Shown one piece after another: positions 10,280 through 22,425 of a DNA stretch of 64,000 bases. Origin of the DNA: an uncultured Methanosarcinaceae archaeon. Its GTDB lineage: Archaea > Halobacteriota > Methanosarcinia > Methanosarcinales > Methanosarcinaceae. The first letter of the stretch is position 1. Each line of letters starts with the position of its first letter. Location of the stretch: positions 32,001 through 96,000 of the forward strand of contig CAWHXP010000014.1 in the NCBI GenBank assembly GCA_963833425.1, written 5' to 3'. The notes under the pieces were generated by a model, which was not told where the DNA came from, made no database searches, and saw only the letters and a list, made by a program, of their open reading frames with translations. Made by a program: the position numbers and the translations under genes.

Positions 10280-10800
10280 ACTGTTTTATGTTAAACTGAG
10301 AGCACATTCAAGGTCAGCCTCGCTAAGATTCCAGATATTGTGCCATCTAGGTTCAAGCTAATATTTTTGCTATTCTCGCTAAGTGTAGCTCCTGTAAGGT
10401 CTGCCTTTCAAGGTTGTCTCTCTAAGGTCAGCCTCGTTAAAATCAGCATGTCTGAAATAAATCCTTCAAGTTTAGCTCCCGTATATTAATTCTACATAAA
10501 TCTAATCCAAAATCTTCTCTGTATTTTGATGTTTGCTCTCTATATTTTACTGAATGCTTCCGTCTTGTAATAACTCTAAGAATTGCTTGAATATCCAAAG
10601 GCATCTTATTTTGATTATTCATATCTTAAACTATTATGTTCTTATTCTCTACAGGTAAATTTTTTTCTAATATAAGCAGTTAAAAGTTCCATAATTGGTC
10701 GGTAGTCTTTCTCAGATTCATTTGCTATTTTTCCAAGGGCAGATACTAAAACTAACCGAATTTCTATTACTGGATTTTGTTAACCTTTCGTTTGTTTCTA
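10280..10800 (-). pseudogene. Pentapeptide-repeat protein pseudogene
   Basis: Minus-strand fragments NPVIEIRL, LEKIANESEKDYRPIMELLTAYIRK, PLDIQAILRVITRR, then ADFNEADLRE and ADLTGATLS pentapeptides, with frameshifts. Confidence 0.75.
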
Positions 10801-11789
10801 AGTAAAACTCAAGATAGTCTATAAGTTCAGGACCTTTCTCAATTTTAGCGTCGATAATTTCAAGAAAGGTATCTAAAATCGAAATTGCACTTTCTAGAGA
10901 GAAATTTTTTTCACTGAATAATTCTACAAGACCATTAATCAAGATATTTGAGCAATTAAACTTAACTGGCTTTTTCAATTATTTCTTGAATGTCGTTTCA
11001 CGTTTTTTTGATGAAAAAATGCATCAATTTGTATCCTATTCAATTTATAATTATTAATTGAAAATTCGTCAATTATTTTATAATATATTTTTGAGTTAAT
11101 ATTCTAAACTTTTCCAGTAATTTTCTTGGAGGAATCACATCATAAATTTGAAATATAGCCTGAAGTTATTGCTGATAATTCCATTACATGCCTCTGGCAC
11201 TCAACAACTTTTCTATAAATATAAATAAGCTTCTTGTTGCTATTACATTAATTAATTTTTCAATTTTATATTGGCTCCATTTTTTTAGCTATTTCCTTTG
11301 TTTTTATGGGTGATCATTCCAGATACCGATTAAATATGAGTGCAGAAGGATAATTTTCGGATTAGCTCAATGAGAATTAGTTAGAGCTGATCTGCTCCAG
11401 TGAAATAAAACGAAAACATTTGCTATACTGGGAACTTGATCATGAAAGAATCAGCAGTAATAATAATATTTTTATCATTTTCTAAGTCTTGAATTAATTA
11501 CAGTCTATTGTTAATGAAGTTAATGATAAATTTTGGTTATGTGAAATATAGTTTCTGGAATATTAAGGAAAAGTGATGGGTACAATGCAATCAGAATTAA
11601 AAATTTTTAATAAAATAAGGATATGTGGGGAGTGCAACCTTTCAATAATAGTTTTTACTATAAAACCTATGCATTATTAAAAACGATAAATCCAGTTTTT
11701 AGTGAAAGGAAAAGATAAAAGATTCATATAGAGTTTACAGGATTTCAGGCACACTCTTTTTTGTCAGGAATATTTTTGAATTATGTATA

Positions 11790-11878
11790 GAGGATTTCGA
11801 TAAATCCTTAAATTTCGTCTTATGCTTATAATAGGTATATAAATAACTCATGAAAATAAGAGGTTTATCGAAATATTC
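11790..11878. mobile_element. ~89-bp MITE with IS5-type terminal inverted repeats
   Basis: gaggatttcgataaa...tttatcgaaatattc flanked by tata/tata. Confidence 0.85.
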
Positions 11879-12300
11879 TATAATCAATTGTATCTAATTA
11901 TATGTTGTTGTAAAAAGTAGTTTTTTGCTAATGAATTAAGGAAACTAGATAAAATGAGTTTTAGATCAAGATGTATACGCAGGAGAACCAGAAATAAAAG
12001 TACTATTCAACTATCCTAAAAGTATTACTCCTAAGTATGCTGTGAAAAGTTATTATCTAGTTATCTATTATCTCGAATATTCAATAGAAATAAAGCACTA
12101 TCCTACGATCCAAAACGTATTATTTCTGAGTATATCATCAAGAGTCGTATCTCGAATTCCTGTCATCTCTATTCTGGCTTTGATTAGTAATTTGTTTTGT
12201 ACTTCCAGTACCTGGACATGTTGTTATTGCTACATATTTTTTTATTTTGATGTGGTTACTATATCTGTATATTGGCGTAAAACAGCCAGCGATATGCACA

Positions 12301-12540
12301 TTATCTAAAATAGATGAAATGGATGGATACGATTTTGAAATGTGCATGAAGAATGTTTTTAAAAAATTGGGTTTTTCTGTATATCACACTTCTTCAGCGG
12401 GTGATTAAGGTGCAGATCTTATTTTAAATCAAAAGAAGTGTCAGGAGCCCTGTAAGAGTCAAACAATATTTACATAATTCCCCAAATAGGGCAGTACAGG
12501 AAGTTGTAGCGGAAAGGATTTTTACAACGAGTTTATAAAG
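12301..12540 (+). pseudogene. Mrr-like restriction endonuclease pseudogene
   Basis: LSKIDEMDGYDFEMCMKNVFKKLGFSVYHTSSAGD*GADLIL...AVQEVVA; in-frame stop and frameshift. Confidence 0.7.
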
Positions 12541-13085
12541 CTGATCAATAAAATTTCACAGACTGTATCTCAGGATAAAAAAGTGAAGGCACCTGTCTAT
12601 TTTACATATTCACAAGCTATACTATCGATTTTGTTCTAAAATAAAAATATATTACGTAAGTTACTTTCATAATAAATCCTTAATATTTTGTTTTATCTCA
12701 CTGTGCTAATTAGTTGATAAATATAGGCAACTTTAGAAAATATATCATTTTCAGGTTGCGTTATTAGAAAGAAATTGATTTGTAAATGCAAATATTTTAT
12801 GCAAAACTATAAATATTTTTGAAGTATACATTATATAATTTATTCACAAGTACATGGGAATAGTACAATTACTCAGCTATACACAATCAATCTATTACTA
12901 CGATTTTTGTAGTTAGATATACACAACAATCCGTTAAGATAAATAAAAATGGTCAGTGACCAAAATTTTAAATAAAATAATTCAACAAGATTTAATGGAG
13001 ATTAAATTAATTAATAATGTTATTGCTCAAGCTGAATAGTTATCTGAATCATGAAATAACAGTGATAAACACAGAAGTTGTGATA

Positions 13086-14096
13086 ATGACTGGAGAACGG
13101 TTAGAGTGGGTCGATGCGTTAAAGGGTATTGCAATAATAGGGGTTGTGATATCACACATTGGACTGTTTTATGATATTTTTGAAAAAATGCATTCTTTTA
13201 ATGCTGTTTATTTACCAGCATTTGTCTTCGTCTCTGGATATCTTTTCAATTGGGAGAAATATAAAACAAAAAAGTGGTTATTCATCCAAAAACGGGCTTT
13301 ACAATTACTATTGCCGTTGTATGCTACAGGAGTATTTGCTTTAATTTTTCAGTATGCGTATTATCTCGCCAAAGGTCATGCTTTAGCTCTTAAATTTTGG
13401 ACTTACAACCCGTTTACAGTTCTTGTACATATTCTTCAGGTAGACCTGAGTTATTATTCTTGGTTCCATTCGGTGTGGTTTTTATCGGCGCTATTTTTAT
13501 GCGAGATAACGTTCTTTTGTATTCTGTACCTTATAAAATCAGATCAATACAGATTATTAACCAGTATTCTGCTGGCAAGCCCTGCGTTATTCTTTTTTTC
13601 TCATACTCCTACGCCGTTCTTCTTTGCTCCGGCTTTTGCCGGTCTCATATTCTATGCAGCTGGGTACATGGCGAGAAAATATAATATGATCACACAATCA
13701 AATTTATTAGTGCTCGTCATTGTTTGTTGCATATATGTTTTTGTGTGCTCCTCTCAAGACGTTTTAGGCGTGTTCGTCTTCCTCGGCAGTAATCATCCGG
13801 TTACATGGTATTTAGGAACTCTTGCTGGTTCTGTGTTCCTTTCGATGCTACTGTTTCATTTATATACTCATAACATCACATCAAAATTCTTAGAATATAT
13901 GGGAAAAAACAGCCTGTTCATAATGCTGGTGAATATCCCAGTGCTATTCTCTTTGCAAAGGCTAGTAGATCAGTCACACCTGCCAATTTACCCAAAGGGT
14001 ATAATATTTGCCTTCACTATGATAACTATTGTAGGAATGCTCCAAATTAAAAATATCTTTAAACAAAGAATCAGAGTAGTACACACTGCAACATAA
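13086..14096 (+). CDS. Acyltransferase-3 family membrane protein (polysaccharide O-acyltransferase-like)
   Basis: RLEWVDALKGIAIIGVVISH, FVFVSGY, WFLSALF, MGKNSL; ~10 TM segments. Start taken at the internal ATG 13086. Confidence 0.85.
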   Translation: MTGERLEWVDALKGIAIIGVVISHIGLFYDIFEKMHSFNAVYLPAFVFVSGYLFNWEKYKTKKWLFIQKRALQLLLPLYATGVFALIFQYAYYLAKGHALALKFWTYNPFTVLVHILQVDLSYYSWFHSVWFLSALFLCEITFFCILYLIKSDQYRLLTSILLASPALFFFSHTPTPFFFAPAFAGLIFYAAGYMARKYNMITQSNLLVLVIVCCIYVFVCSSQDVLGVFVFLGSNHPVTWYLGTLAGSVFLSMLLFHLYTHNITSKFLEYMGKNSLFIMLVNIPVLFSLQRLVDQSHLPIYPKGIIFAFTMITIVGMLQIKNIFKQRIRVVHTAT

Positions 14097-16514
14097 ACTA
14101 TTGTTACATAGAAAAAAAATCTGAAGTAAAAAACTATTTTGTAAAGTAGAAATTGATTAGCCAAAAATAATGATGCATAGATTTTTGTGTTTCAAATCTA
14201 TATGTTTTCTCATTTCCATGATTATAACATCGGTTGCTCACTGCTTCAAATTTGATGCCCCACTTTATAGTTGTAATTAAATAGATATCAAATAGATTTA
14301 TTGATTTTATACTTTAAATACGTAAGTCCTTTAATGTAATAATAAATCTTGATTTTATTCCAGACTGTTCGTTTAAAGTTCGAATAAATGGGAAAATAAA
14401 ATAACTCTCTAGTAAATGCAGATTTTGTATGAAAATTAATTCTGATGTTCGTTTATTTTTTTGAACTTGATTAATTGTTGAATGTAAATAAGTAAAGTTT
14501 TATCAAACATAACTAACTGGCTGACAGTCAAACAGCAGATATCCAATAGATAATTTGACAAATTTGAATTTGCGCACTTGAACAAAGAGCATCAGCAACT
14601 TCATTACTCTCAACCAGCCTATATGACTGGGCAGTCTATTTAAGAGGTTCCATACTTTTTGTTTATCTGGCATTTGAGAAAACGTCGGAATAATAGTAGA
14701 GGCTGCAAAATATATCACAAGCTGTCATTATCCTAGGTTAATTTAACTAAATTTTCACATACATGTTCTGATCTAGAATACTAAAAAGCAGAACCAATGG
14801 CATCGTCGGCGCCACATCTCACATTCATGAATTTCTCATTGGTCAGTTTATGCAAGTTATTCTAAGCCTTTTGTTTAGCGCAGGGATGAGAATTTCTTTA
14901 ATTAATCAATGATTGGATACGATCTTTTGGATCATCGCTGAGACATTGATTGCGAATTTTCTTTTGGTCTATCAATTACTCAACACCAAAAATTCTTATG
15001 CAGGTTAAAACTGGAATCGGTTTCTTTTTGATTAGGGGCCAAAAAAGCTTTATAACAAGCTCAATAAGGATTTAGCAAACCTAAAAATGCGTGACGAGAA
15101 ATAAACAGCCTAGAAGATATTATAGTAGGACTATACGCAGCTGAATTGATAAATCAATAGTATTAAACCACAATGTCCAAAGTGCTTGATTTCCTGTTCC
15201 AAGTATGTAAGTTAGAATGTTGATTTCATGAAAGTAGTGATTTTACAGAAATTTAGATACACTTCCAGAAATGCACCGAAAATTCTGTAAAATTTGCTCT
15301 CTACTCCTTAGTCTTTTTTTCTGATTACTGTTCCATATTATAATACTTATTTACTGTGATTCATTTCTACATTTATATCGATTAGGATTAACTATTTTTT
15401 TGATAACTCGATGATTCTAAAATTTATAGGAATATACAAATTTCTACCAATTACCAAAAAAGCAAAAAAATAACAAGAAACACATAGGCAAATTTCCGAT
15501 AATTTTTTTCTATCAATTTTAATAACAGTATCCTTAATTTTCGATATGAACACAACCGTTAATAACTCATTTAGTAAAAATAAACAAAATACACCTCAAA
15601 AATTCTGGCATGTCAGCCAATAAATCTCAGATAGATATGGTGAATCAGATGAGGCAAGTATATGAATGCATTATAGGATAAAATTTGACCACAGAGATGG
15701 CAAATATAGCAGGAGCTAATGCGTCAGAAAAAGGGTATTAACAAGTTTGTCAAACCTAATAAAAAACCTGTATTTGAAAACTAGTTAATTCTTTGCTACC
15801 TGTCCCATTTTTACAATAATCCTTAACCAGTGATTATATCAGCCAGGGAAACTTCTATCCAACGGAGCCACGATGTTTAGAAAGTGTGTCTCCTTGAACT
15901 CATTTTATTTAATCCTCTTCACCATATTTTCCTCTCCCCCCGCTTTCCACTCTCTGATCAATGACACAATAATATAGACCAACAAGAAAATCTGGCTGCA
16001 ACAAACCGAAAAAGTAGTTCGTTGTAGTCCAAAAAGTAAAGGCATAGATAAAGGCGTAGATCAATGTTTCCCTAGAGTCAGCCATTATGTTCTGCAATTG
16101 ATCTTCACGCCAAGATCGCGCTTTCTAAACGAAAGGATAGGCACATAATCATAAAAGAATAGCTATGATGGTTCCTGGTTGCGAGGGATCAGGAATCTCT
16201 AAGATGATTATCTTTTTTCAGACTCTTAAAGCACACGAGCTCTGAGAAAGAAGAAAGTGCTACCACAAATTTTATGGCTTTATTTTCGCTCGTTATTCCC
16301 TTGTCTTCTTGGAACACTTCCTGCTTACTAAATCGCTAGATAAGGACAGGGCCTGAAAGAGAGTCAATAGACTAGTAAGACCAAAGCCTATCGGGCTATA
16401 CTCCCTAGCGCCGAAGAACATAGAGAAGAAAGCCTTAGATCGTTATATCCGAAATTAAAATTCTCAAGATGAGAGTTTTTTTGAAAAGAAAAGAAAGAAA
16501 TGAAATGTTTATAT

Positions 16515-18908
16515 CTAAATATTATTTATATGTGCAAAATTACTTCCTGCATATGATAAAACAGGCCTGAAAAGGCTAATGTCTAATGCCTCTTTTAATA
16601 CCTCCTCAATAGTCTCGACCATTGCAAATTGAAGTTCATTTCTTACATCCTCTGGTACATCATCTAGATCACTTTCATTTTCTTTTGGCAGAATTACTTT
16701 TTTTATACCTGCTCTGTGTGCTGCCAAAATCTTCTCTTTTATCCCTCCCACAGGCAATACTGCACCGCTTAGCGTTATCTCGCCTGTCATAGCAGTTTTT
16801 GGGTCAACTGCTTTTCCAGTAATTAAGGATGTCAGGGCAGTAAAGAGTGTCACGCCTGCTGATGGACCATCCTTTGGTGTTGCACCTGAGGGAATATGAA
16901 TGTGGATATCGCTTGAAGTAAAATCAAAGCTATTTGCAGTATTTGCAAGCCGTGATCTAACTAGGCTCAATGATATCTTTGCAGATTCCTTCATCACGTC
17001 CCCAAGTTGGCCTGTAAGCGTGAGCTTTCCGCTTCCAGGCATAAAGGTACCTTCTATGAAGAGGATATCCCCCCCGACAGGTGTCCACGCAAGTCCCGTG
17101 ACCACTCCAGGTACATTCTCTTTTCTGGCCTCTTCTTGGCGGATCAACTCTTTTCCAAGGATCTCTGTGAGCATATCTTTCTTCACTACGTAAGGGATGT
17201 CTGCATTCCCTGACACAATTTTCTCGGATACAAACCTTGCGGTCCTTGCAAGCTGTTTTTTAAGTCCCCTGACTCCTGCTTCACGGGTATATTTTTCGAT
17301 GATTACCTTTAAGGCATCATCTTCAATTCGAAGTTTATCTGCATCAAGGCCGTGTTCCTCCAGTATGTAGGGCAGAAGGTGGTCTATTGCAATTGCAAGC
17401 TTCTCTTTTTTAGTGTAGCCTGATATCTCAATCATTTCCATTCTGTCAAGGAGTGGCAGAGGGATATTTGCCAGGGAATTGGCTGTGGCGATGAACAATA
17501 CATCAGACAGATCGTACGGGACTTCCAGATAATGGTCTGAGAATGTGCTGTTCTGTTCGGGATCAAGGACTTCCAAGAGGGCGCTTGCCGGGTCTCCAGC
17601 GTAGGAAAATGAAAGCTTATCGATTTCATCGAGAACAAATACTGGATTTTTTGTGCCTGCTTTTTTAATGCCCTGAATAATTCTTCCAGGCATAGCTCCT
17701 ATGTATGTCCGCCTGTGCCCTCTGATCTCTGCTTCATCTTTGATACCTCCCAGACTAACTCGAACATATTTCCTACCAAGGGCATCTGAAATACTTCTTC
17801 CAAGGCTCGTTTTGCCAGTGCCTGGGGGTCCTATAAAAAGCAGAATTGAGCCCTGTTTCTCCTTTTTTAATTTCATTACTGACAGATGTTGGATTATTCT
17901 CGCTTTGACTTTTTCAAGTCCGTTATGATTGCTTTCAAGCACACGGCGTGCTTCAGCAATATCTATACTCTTTTTCTCTTCCGTTACCCAGGGAAGTTCT
18001 AGCAAGAGGTCCAGATAATTTCTAACAACGAAGCTTTCAGGATTATGGCTCCCTCCGATTTCAAGTTTCTTCACTTCTGATAATGCCTTTTTTCTCAAAT
18101 CATCAGGCATCTTCGATTTATTAATTTTTTCCCGATATCCTCCGTTGCATAAAGTAGAATCGTCACCTTCGTTAAGCTCTTCTTGAATTACCTTCAATTG
18201 TTCTCGCAACATTGCTTCCCTATGTGACTTGTTTATTTTTTCGGAAACTTTTTTTGCCACTTCAATCTGCAGGTTGATATTTTCTTTCTGTTTCGCCAGA
18301 ATATAAAGAAATGCAAAATATCTTTCACGAACAGAAACAATCTCCAGAAGATCCTGCTTTTCTGAGAGTTTTATCGGCATATACGGCATAATATATCCCA
18401 TAATTTGACCAATGGAATCCATCTTGTCAATTGGTCGAGTAAACTGTTCTGAACCTTGAAAACGGTTGCTGATCTCAAGAATTATCTTTTTTACATCCGT
18501 TGTTATTTCTGCTTGCATTTCGTCATCTAGATCCAAAATATCAGAAATGGGCTTGTATTCAGCATAGAACTGTCCATTTTCCTGGTGTAGGGAAATAGCT
18601 TCTACTCTTTGTACAGATTCTGCAGCAATTAGGTATCCGTTATCAGAGGGCTGAACAGATGTAATTTTTAACAGATTTCCTATTTCATAGAAACTATCAC
18701 TAGATAAGTCTGAAAATTTCATTCCACTTTTTACTGTCAGCCCGATGGCATATACAGATTCGATATTTTTCATCTCACTTAATAACATTTCTCCGGTAAT
18801 TTTGTCAACCAAAAATTTTGTCCGGCTTTTCGGATAAACAACTATTTCAAAGAGCGGTATTACAATGTTTTCTCTGATGTTGTCGGTTTGTCTAGAATTC
18901 ATTATCAA
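16515..18908 (-). CDS. lon: ATP-dependent Lon protease (LonA type)
   Basis: N-terminal Lon domain, Walker A GPPGTGKT, DEIDK, catalytic PKDGPSAG and GGIKEK. Confidence 0.95.
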   Translation of the reverse strand: MIMNSRQTDNIRENIVIPLFEIVVYPKSRTKFLVDKITGEMLLSEMKNIESVYAIGLTVKSGMKFSDLSSDSFYEIGNLLKITSVQPSDNGYLIAAESVQRVEAISLHQENGQFYAEYKPISDILDLDDEMQAEITTDVKKIILEISNRFQGSEQFTRPIDKMDSIGQIMGYIMPYMPIKLSEKQDLLEIVSVRERYFAFLYILAKQKENINLQIEVAKKVSEKINKSHREAMLREQLKVIQEELNEGDDSTLCNGGYREKINKSKMPDDLRKKALSEVKKLEIGGSHNPESFVVRNYLDLLLELPWVTEEKKSIDIAEARRVLESNHNGLEKVKARIIQHLSVMKLKKEKQGSILLFIGPPGTGKTSLGRSISDALGRKYVRVSLGGIKDEAEIRGHRRTYIGAMPGRIIQGIKKAGTKNPVFVLDEIDKLSFSYAGDPASALLEVLDPEQNSTFSDHYLEVPYDLSDVLFIATANSLANIPLPLLDRMEMIEISGYTKKEKLAIAIDHLLPYILEEHGLDADKLRIEDDALKVIIEKYTREAGVRGLKKQLARTARFVSEKIVSGNADIPYVVKKDMLTEILGKELIRQEEARKENVPGVVTGLAWTPVGGDILFIEGTFMPGSGKLTLTGQLGDVMKESAKISLSLVRSRLANTANSFDFTSSDIHIHIPSGATPKDGPSAGVTLFTALTSLITGKAVDPKTAMTGEITLSGAVLPVGGIKEKILAAHRAGIKKVILPKENESDLDDVPEDVRNELQFAMVETIEEVLKEALDISLFRPVLSYAGSNFAHINNI

Positions 18909-18934
18909 TCATCCCAATTATAATTTTATTTATT

Positions 18935-18955
18935 TAGTTAGAATTAACCTAATTA
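18935..18955. promoter_or_regulatory. Candidate MarR operator upstream of lon
   Basis: TAGTTAG-N7-CTAATTA, same arms as the copy at 19407-19427. Confidence 0.6.
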
Positions 18956-18970
18956 CTAGGTTAAAAAAAA

Positions 18971-19390
18971 TTACCTTAATTTTTCCAGAATTTCGATGAG
19001 AGTGCCTATTTCTCTTTCATCCAGTATATCTACCATCTTTTCAATGACCTTCATCAAAGAATTTTCTTCAGAACGAGCTATCATCCGCCCTTTTTCAGTT
19101 AGACGAATATTAATTACTCTGCCATCATCTGGACATTTTTCTCTGTATACACACTCAAACTTAACAAATTTATTAATCATTTCTGTGATTGTGGGTTTTG
19201 AGTTTTTGGTTATTTTAGCAAGTCTGCTAAACGTCACTTCTTCATATCCATCAATGGCTCTTAGATATCCGATCTGCTTCACAGTAATGTCCGACAACCC
19301 ACATTCAGATAGGATCTCACAAGAGCATTCGTCTTTGATTTTTATCAGATTATCAAAAACCGTAAACAAATGCTCTTTATTTGAAATCAT
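18971..19390 (-). CDS. MarR family transcriptional regulator
   Basis: 139 aa wHTH, SKPTITEMINK and DGRVINIRLTEKG. Confidence 0.9.
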   Translation of the reverse strand: MISNKEHLFTVFDNLIKIKDECSCEILSECGLSDITVKQIGYLRAIDGYEEVTFSRLAKITKNSKPTITEMINKFVKFECVYREKCPDDGRVINIRLTEKGRMIARSEENSLMKVIEKMVDILDEREIGTLIEILEKLR

Positions 19391-19406
19391 ATTCCTACCG
19401 CCTTTT

Positions 19407-19427
19407 TAGTTAGGGTTTCCCTAATTA
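19407..19427. promoter_or_regulatory. Candidate MarR autoregulatory operator
   Basis: tagttagggtttccctaatta palindrome just upstream of the marR start. Confidence 0.65.
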
Positions 19428-19579
19428 TATACTTTGTGGTTATGCCATGTTTTACTCCTTCATCTAATTCATTCATCTATTAAATGTAGTTCCCAAAAGC
19501 TTGAAAGTGGTTCAGTACATTTCATATACAATAAATTTTCGTTTCAATAAATTCAGTTAACTCAAAAGCCTGTATAATT

Positions 19580-20560
19580 TTACTTTAGGATAAGAGAAAG
19601 TTCTTTTTCAAGATAGGGGTGCATTGAAGATGTATATCCATGTACCACATCGCTAACATTATACATTACCTTCGGCTCTTTTGCAAGGGCAAAGGTCTTT
19701 AGTGCTGCCTCATGGGGAATTACGGTATCATTAAATGATTGAATCAAAACAAATTTTGTAGGCGTTAGGATCGGAAGATAGGTATCTGGATCAATTGAGC
19801 GATAAAAACGGTAAGTCTTATTATCGGCTACAAAGGCAGGATCAGTATCTCCAGTGCCATATCCTGCAGTACTGATTCCGATGACTACTTTAAGGGAAGG
19901 ATCAAGGGCAGCGGCAATCACTGCAAATCTTCCGCCATTACTCTCTCCTAAAATTGCAAGCTTTTTTGAATTAATCTCCGGCTGGACCGCAAGAACATCT
20001 GCGGCTTTAAGTGCATCATAAACCATGGTATATTCGAGAGGTTCGAGACCGCTTCTAAAAAGTTCTAGATCCTTTCCCACACTTATGACACCGAGATTGC
20101 GCTGGTCAATAGCAAGAGTTGCATATCCCATTTTTGAGAGTTCCATAGCCAATCCCTGTTCGGATTCCTTTCTAACTGTTGCTCCCGGGAGTAGGATTAT
20201 CCCAGGGAAACCTAAAGAAGAGCTAAAGTTTGCAGGAATTCTTAGAAGAGCCTGGATTTTATCCCCTTCACTTTCAAAAGACAGAAGTTTCAAAATATCT
20301 GAGTTTCCAGGAAAATATACATCCTTTATTTCATGGGTTGTAAATACAGGCTCTTCTCTTTTAGTAAAAGATACGGTACCGGCTTCTGAAACACTCCATG
20401 TAGATGTGCGTTGGGAGTAATTGGCAGGATTGTACAGGACTCCGAAAATGCCTACGGATATTAAAAGAAAACCCAAAATCAGAAATCTGGGTTTAAGAGC
20501 TTTAATTCTTGAAAAAGCGTTGTTTTTGCTTTCTTTTTTTCCAGAGTTATGCTTGCTCAA
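19580..20560 (-). CDS. Membrane-anchored alpha/beta hydrolase
   Basis: N-terminal TM helix, GESNGG nucleophile elbow, DTVIP and HGY triad-like residues. Confidence 0.8.
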   Translation of the reverse strand: MSKHNSGKKESKNNAFSRIKALKPRFLILGFLLISVGIFGVLYNPANYSQRTSTWSVSEAGTVSFTKREEPVFTTHEIKDVYFPGNSDILKLLSFESEGDKIQALLRIPANFSSSLGFPGIILLPGATVRKESEQGLAMELSKMGYATLAIDQRNLGVISVGKDLELFRSGLEPLEYTMVYDALKAADVLAVQPEINSKKLAILGESNGGRFAVIAAALDPSLKVVIGISTAGYGTGDTDPAFVADNKTYRFYRSIDPDTYLPILTPTKFVLIQSFNDTVIPHEAALKTFALAKEPKVMYNVSDVVHGYTSSMHPYLEKELSLILK

Positions 20561-20980
20561 AAAGAATCCTGCCCAAAAAATTGTGGCCAGAAACTGTTCG
20601 CAGGATTTAGTAATAATACCACTATGCTTGTAATAATGCAGATAATCAGCACTTTTTGCTGAATGTTAACTGCATTTTTATCTACTTAGTCCTGCAGAAG
20701 ATTATTGTCCTGTATCTGACCTGTTTGCCTTCATTTAACATTTTACGAATTAACTGTAATTGAAATATACATTTCATAACCATAATAAATTGCTGTAGCA
20801 AAAACCAAAGTGATTATCTGAAAATTAGGAAATGTAACATACTGTTAAATTTCCGGTTAAATTAGTTAGCAGATAGTGCAGTTCTTATATATAAATTCGG
20901 CAGAGAAATTTTTTAATAACTAAGATTCAGCAGGTTTGAATGTAAAATATATTTCTATACTTAAAAGAAAGGATAATTCT

Positions 20981-22009
20981 TTAAACAAGTACTTCATCCA
21001 GTAGGAAAGGTGGGTAAAACACTCCCTTTTCCGTAATTACCGCAGTTACATTTTCCATTGGAGTCGCATCAAAAGCAGGATTAAAGACTTCTACATCTAT
21101 TGGGGCAATTTGTTCTGATCCAAAGAAACGTAGCTCTTCAGGACTACGCATTTCTATTTTTACACTGCCTTCCCAGCCATTGAAATCGAAAGTAGAGATA
21201 GGAGCTGCTACATAGAAGGGGATTTCATGCTCTTTTGCAAGGATGGAATGTGTATAGGTTCCGATTTTGTTAAAAATAACATCCTGAGTGATCCTGTCAG
21301 CTCCTACGAGTACGCTATCTACAAGTCGCTGGCGCATTGCCCATCCAGCCATCGAGTCCGCAATCAAGGTCACTGGAATTTTGTCCTGCATAAGTTCCCA
21401 TGTAGTGATCCTGCTGCCCTGATTAAGCGGCCTGGTCTCACAGGCAATAACATTTATTTTTTTGCCTTCAGCAATAGCCGAACGTACAACTCCAAGGGCT
21501 GTGCCCCAATCCACACAGGAAAGCCTGCCTGCGTTACAGTGTGTGAGTATCGTATCTCCTTCTTTTAGGAGTTTAGCTCCATATTTCCCTAGCATCTTGT
21601 TAGTTGCCACGTCTTCTTCCGCAATATTTGTGGCTTCTCGAAAGGCAATATCTTGGATCCCCTGAATATCAAAGGCATCAGAGACTGCTCTTAATACTCT
21701 GTCCACACCCCAACTAAGATTTATTGCTGTAGGACGAATAGACTTAAGAACTTTTCCTGCAACTTCGAGCTCTTTTACCATTGTTTCGAAGTCTCTAGCT
21801 TCACTATGTAAAGCTTCGAGGGCAATCCCGAAACCTCCCGCGGCCCCAAGAGCAGGCGCGCCCCTTATCCTGAGAGACTTTATAGCCTCGCATAGAGAAC
21901 TCAAAGTCTTGCATTCAATTATTCTGTACTCTTTTGGGAGCAATGTTTGATCTACCAGCACAACTGATCTTGACTCTTCCTTCCAGTCAATAGTTCTCAT
22001 TAAAATCAC
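20981..22009 (-). CDS. mtnA: S-methyl-5-thioribose-1-phosphate isomerase (eIF-2B-like family)
   Basis: IRGAPALG, RPTAINL, LTHCNAG, ETRPLNQGSR, NKIGTY, NPAFDATP. Confidence 0.88.
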   Translation of the reverse strand: MILMRTIDWKEESRSVVLVDQTLLPKEYRIIECKTLSSLCEAIKSLRIRGAPALGAAGGFGIALEALHSEARDFETMVKELEVAGKVLKSIRPTAINLSWGVDRVLRAVSDAFDIQGIQDIAFREATNIAEEDVATNKMLGKYGAKLLKEGDTILTHCNAGRLSCVDWGTALGVVRSAIAEGKKINVIACETRPLNQGSRITTWELMQDKIPVTLIADSMAGWAMRQRLVDSVLVGADRITQDVIFNKIGTYTHSILAKEHEIPFYVAAPISTFDFNGWEGSVKIEMRSPEELRFFGSEQIAPIDVEVFNPAFDATPMENVTAVITEKGVFYPPFLLDEVLV

Positions 22010-22336
22010 TTTCCGATGTCAGCAACATGTTCTATTAGAAAAATCACCAGACTCTCTTTTAAAGCCTCACATCTAATAAAAAACTATTCAACTCAAAGCC
22101 CTGAGAGACTTGTTTGATCCTTTTCTTAAATTATCCTGATAATTTGAGTGATTACTATGAAATCCTTTTGGAGCTCTCAATCTTTAATAGAAATATAATT
22201 GAAGAAAAAGTGAGAAACAAAGTATTATGGATACCTTATCTGATAGCAAGAATTAAATCATGAATAAACATTTAGCTTTGGATATACAGATAATTACGAT
22301 CTTTTTTCCCAGAAAGGCGAACTTAAATATAATAGA

Positions 22337-22425
22337 GAGGATTTCGATAAACCTCTGATTTTCATGAATCATTTATACGCCATTTATATGCATAATGCGA
22401 AATAAAAAGGTTTATTGAAATCCTC
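22337..22425. mobile_element. ~89-bp MITE
   Basis: gaggatttcgataaacc...ggtttattgaaatcctc flanked by taga/taga. Confidence 0.88.

Noticed and set aside
14300..15300. Pseudogene-like tract after the acyltransferase
   Set aside because: No assignable protein motif by eye
15909..16097. 62-aa hydrophobic ORF
   Set aside because: No recognisable family; probably a fragment of a decayed membrane-protein gene
20639..20820. 10-bp inverted repeat cagataatca/tgattatctg as a MITE
   Set aside because: Too short in AT-rich DNA, and no target duplication was seen
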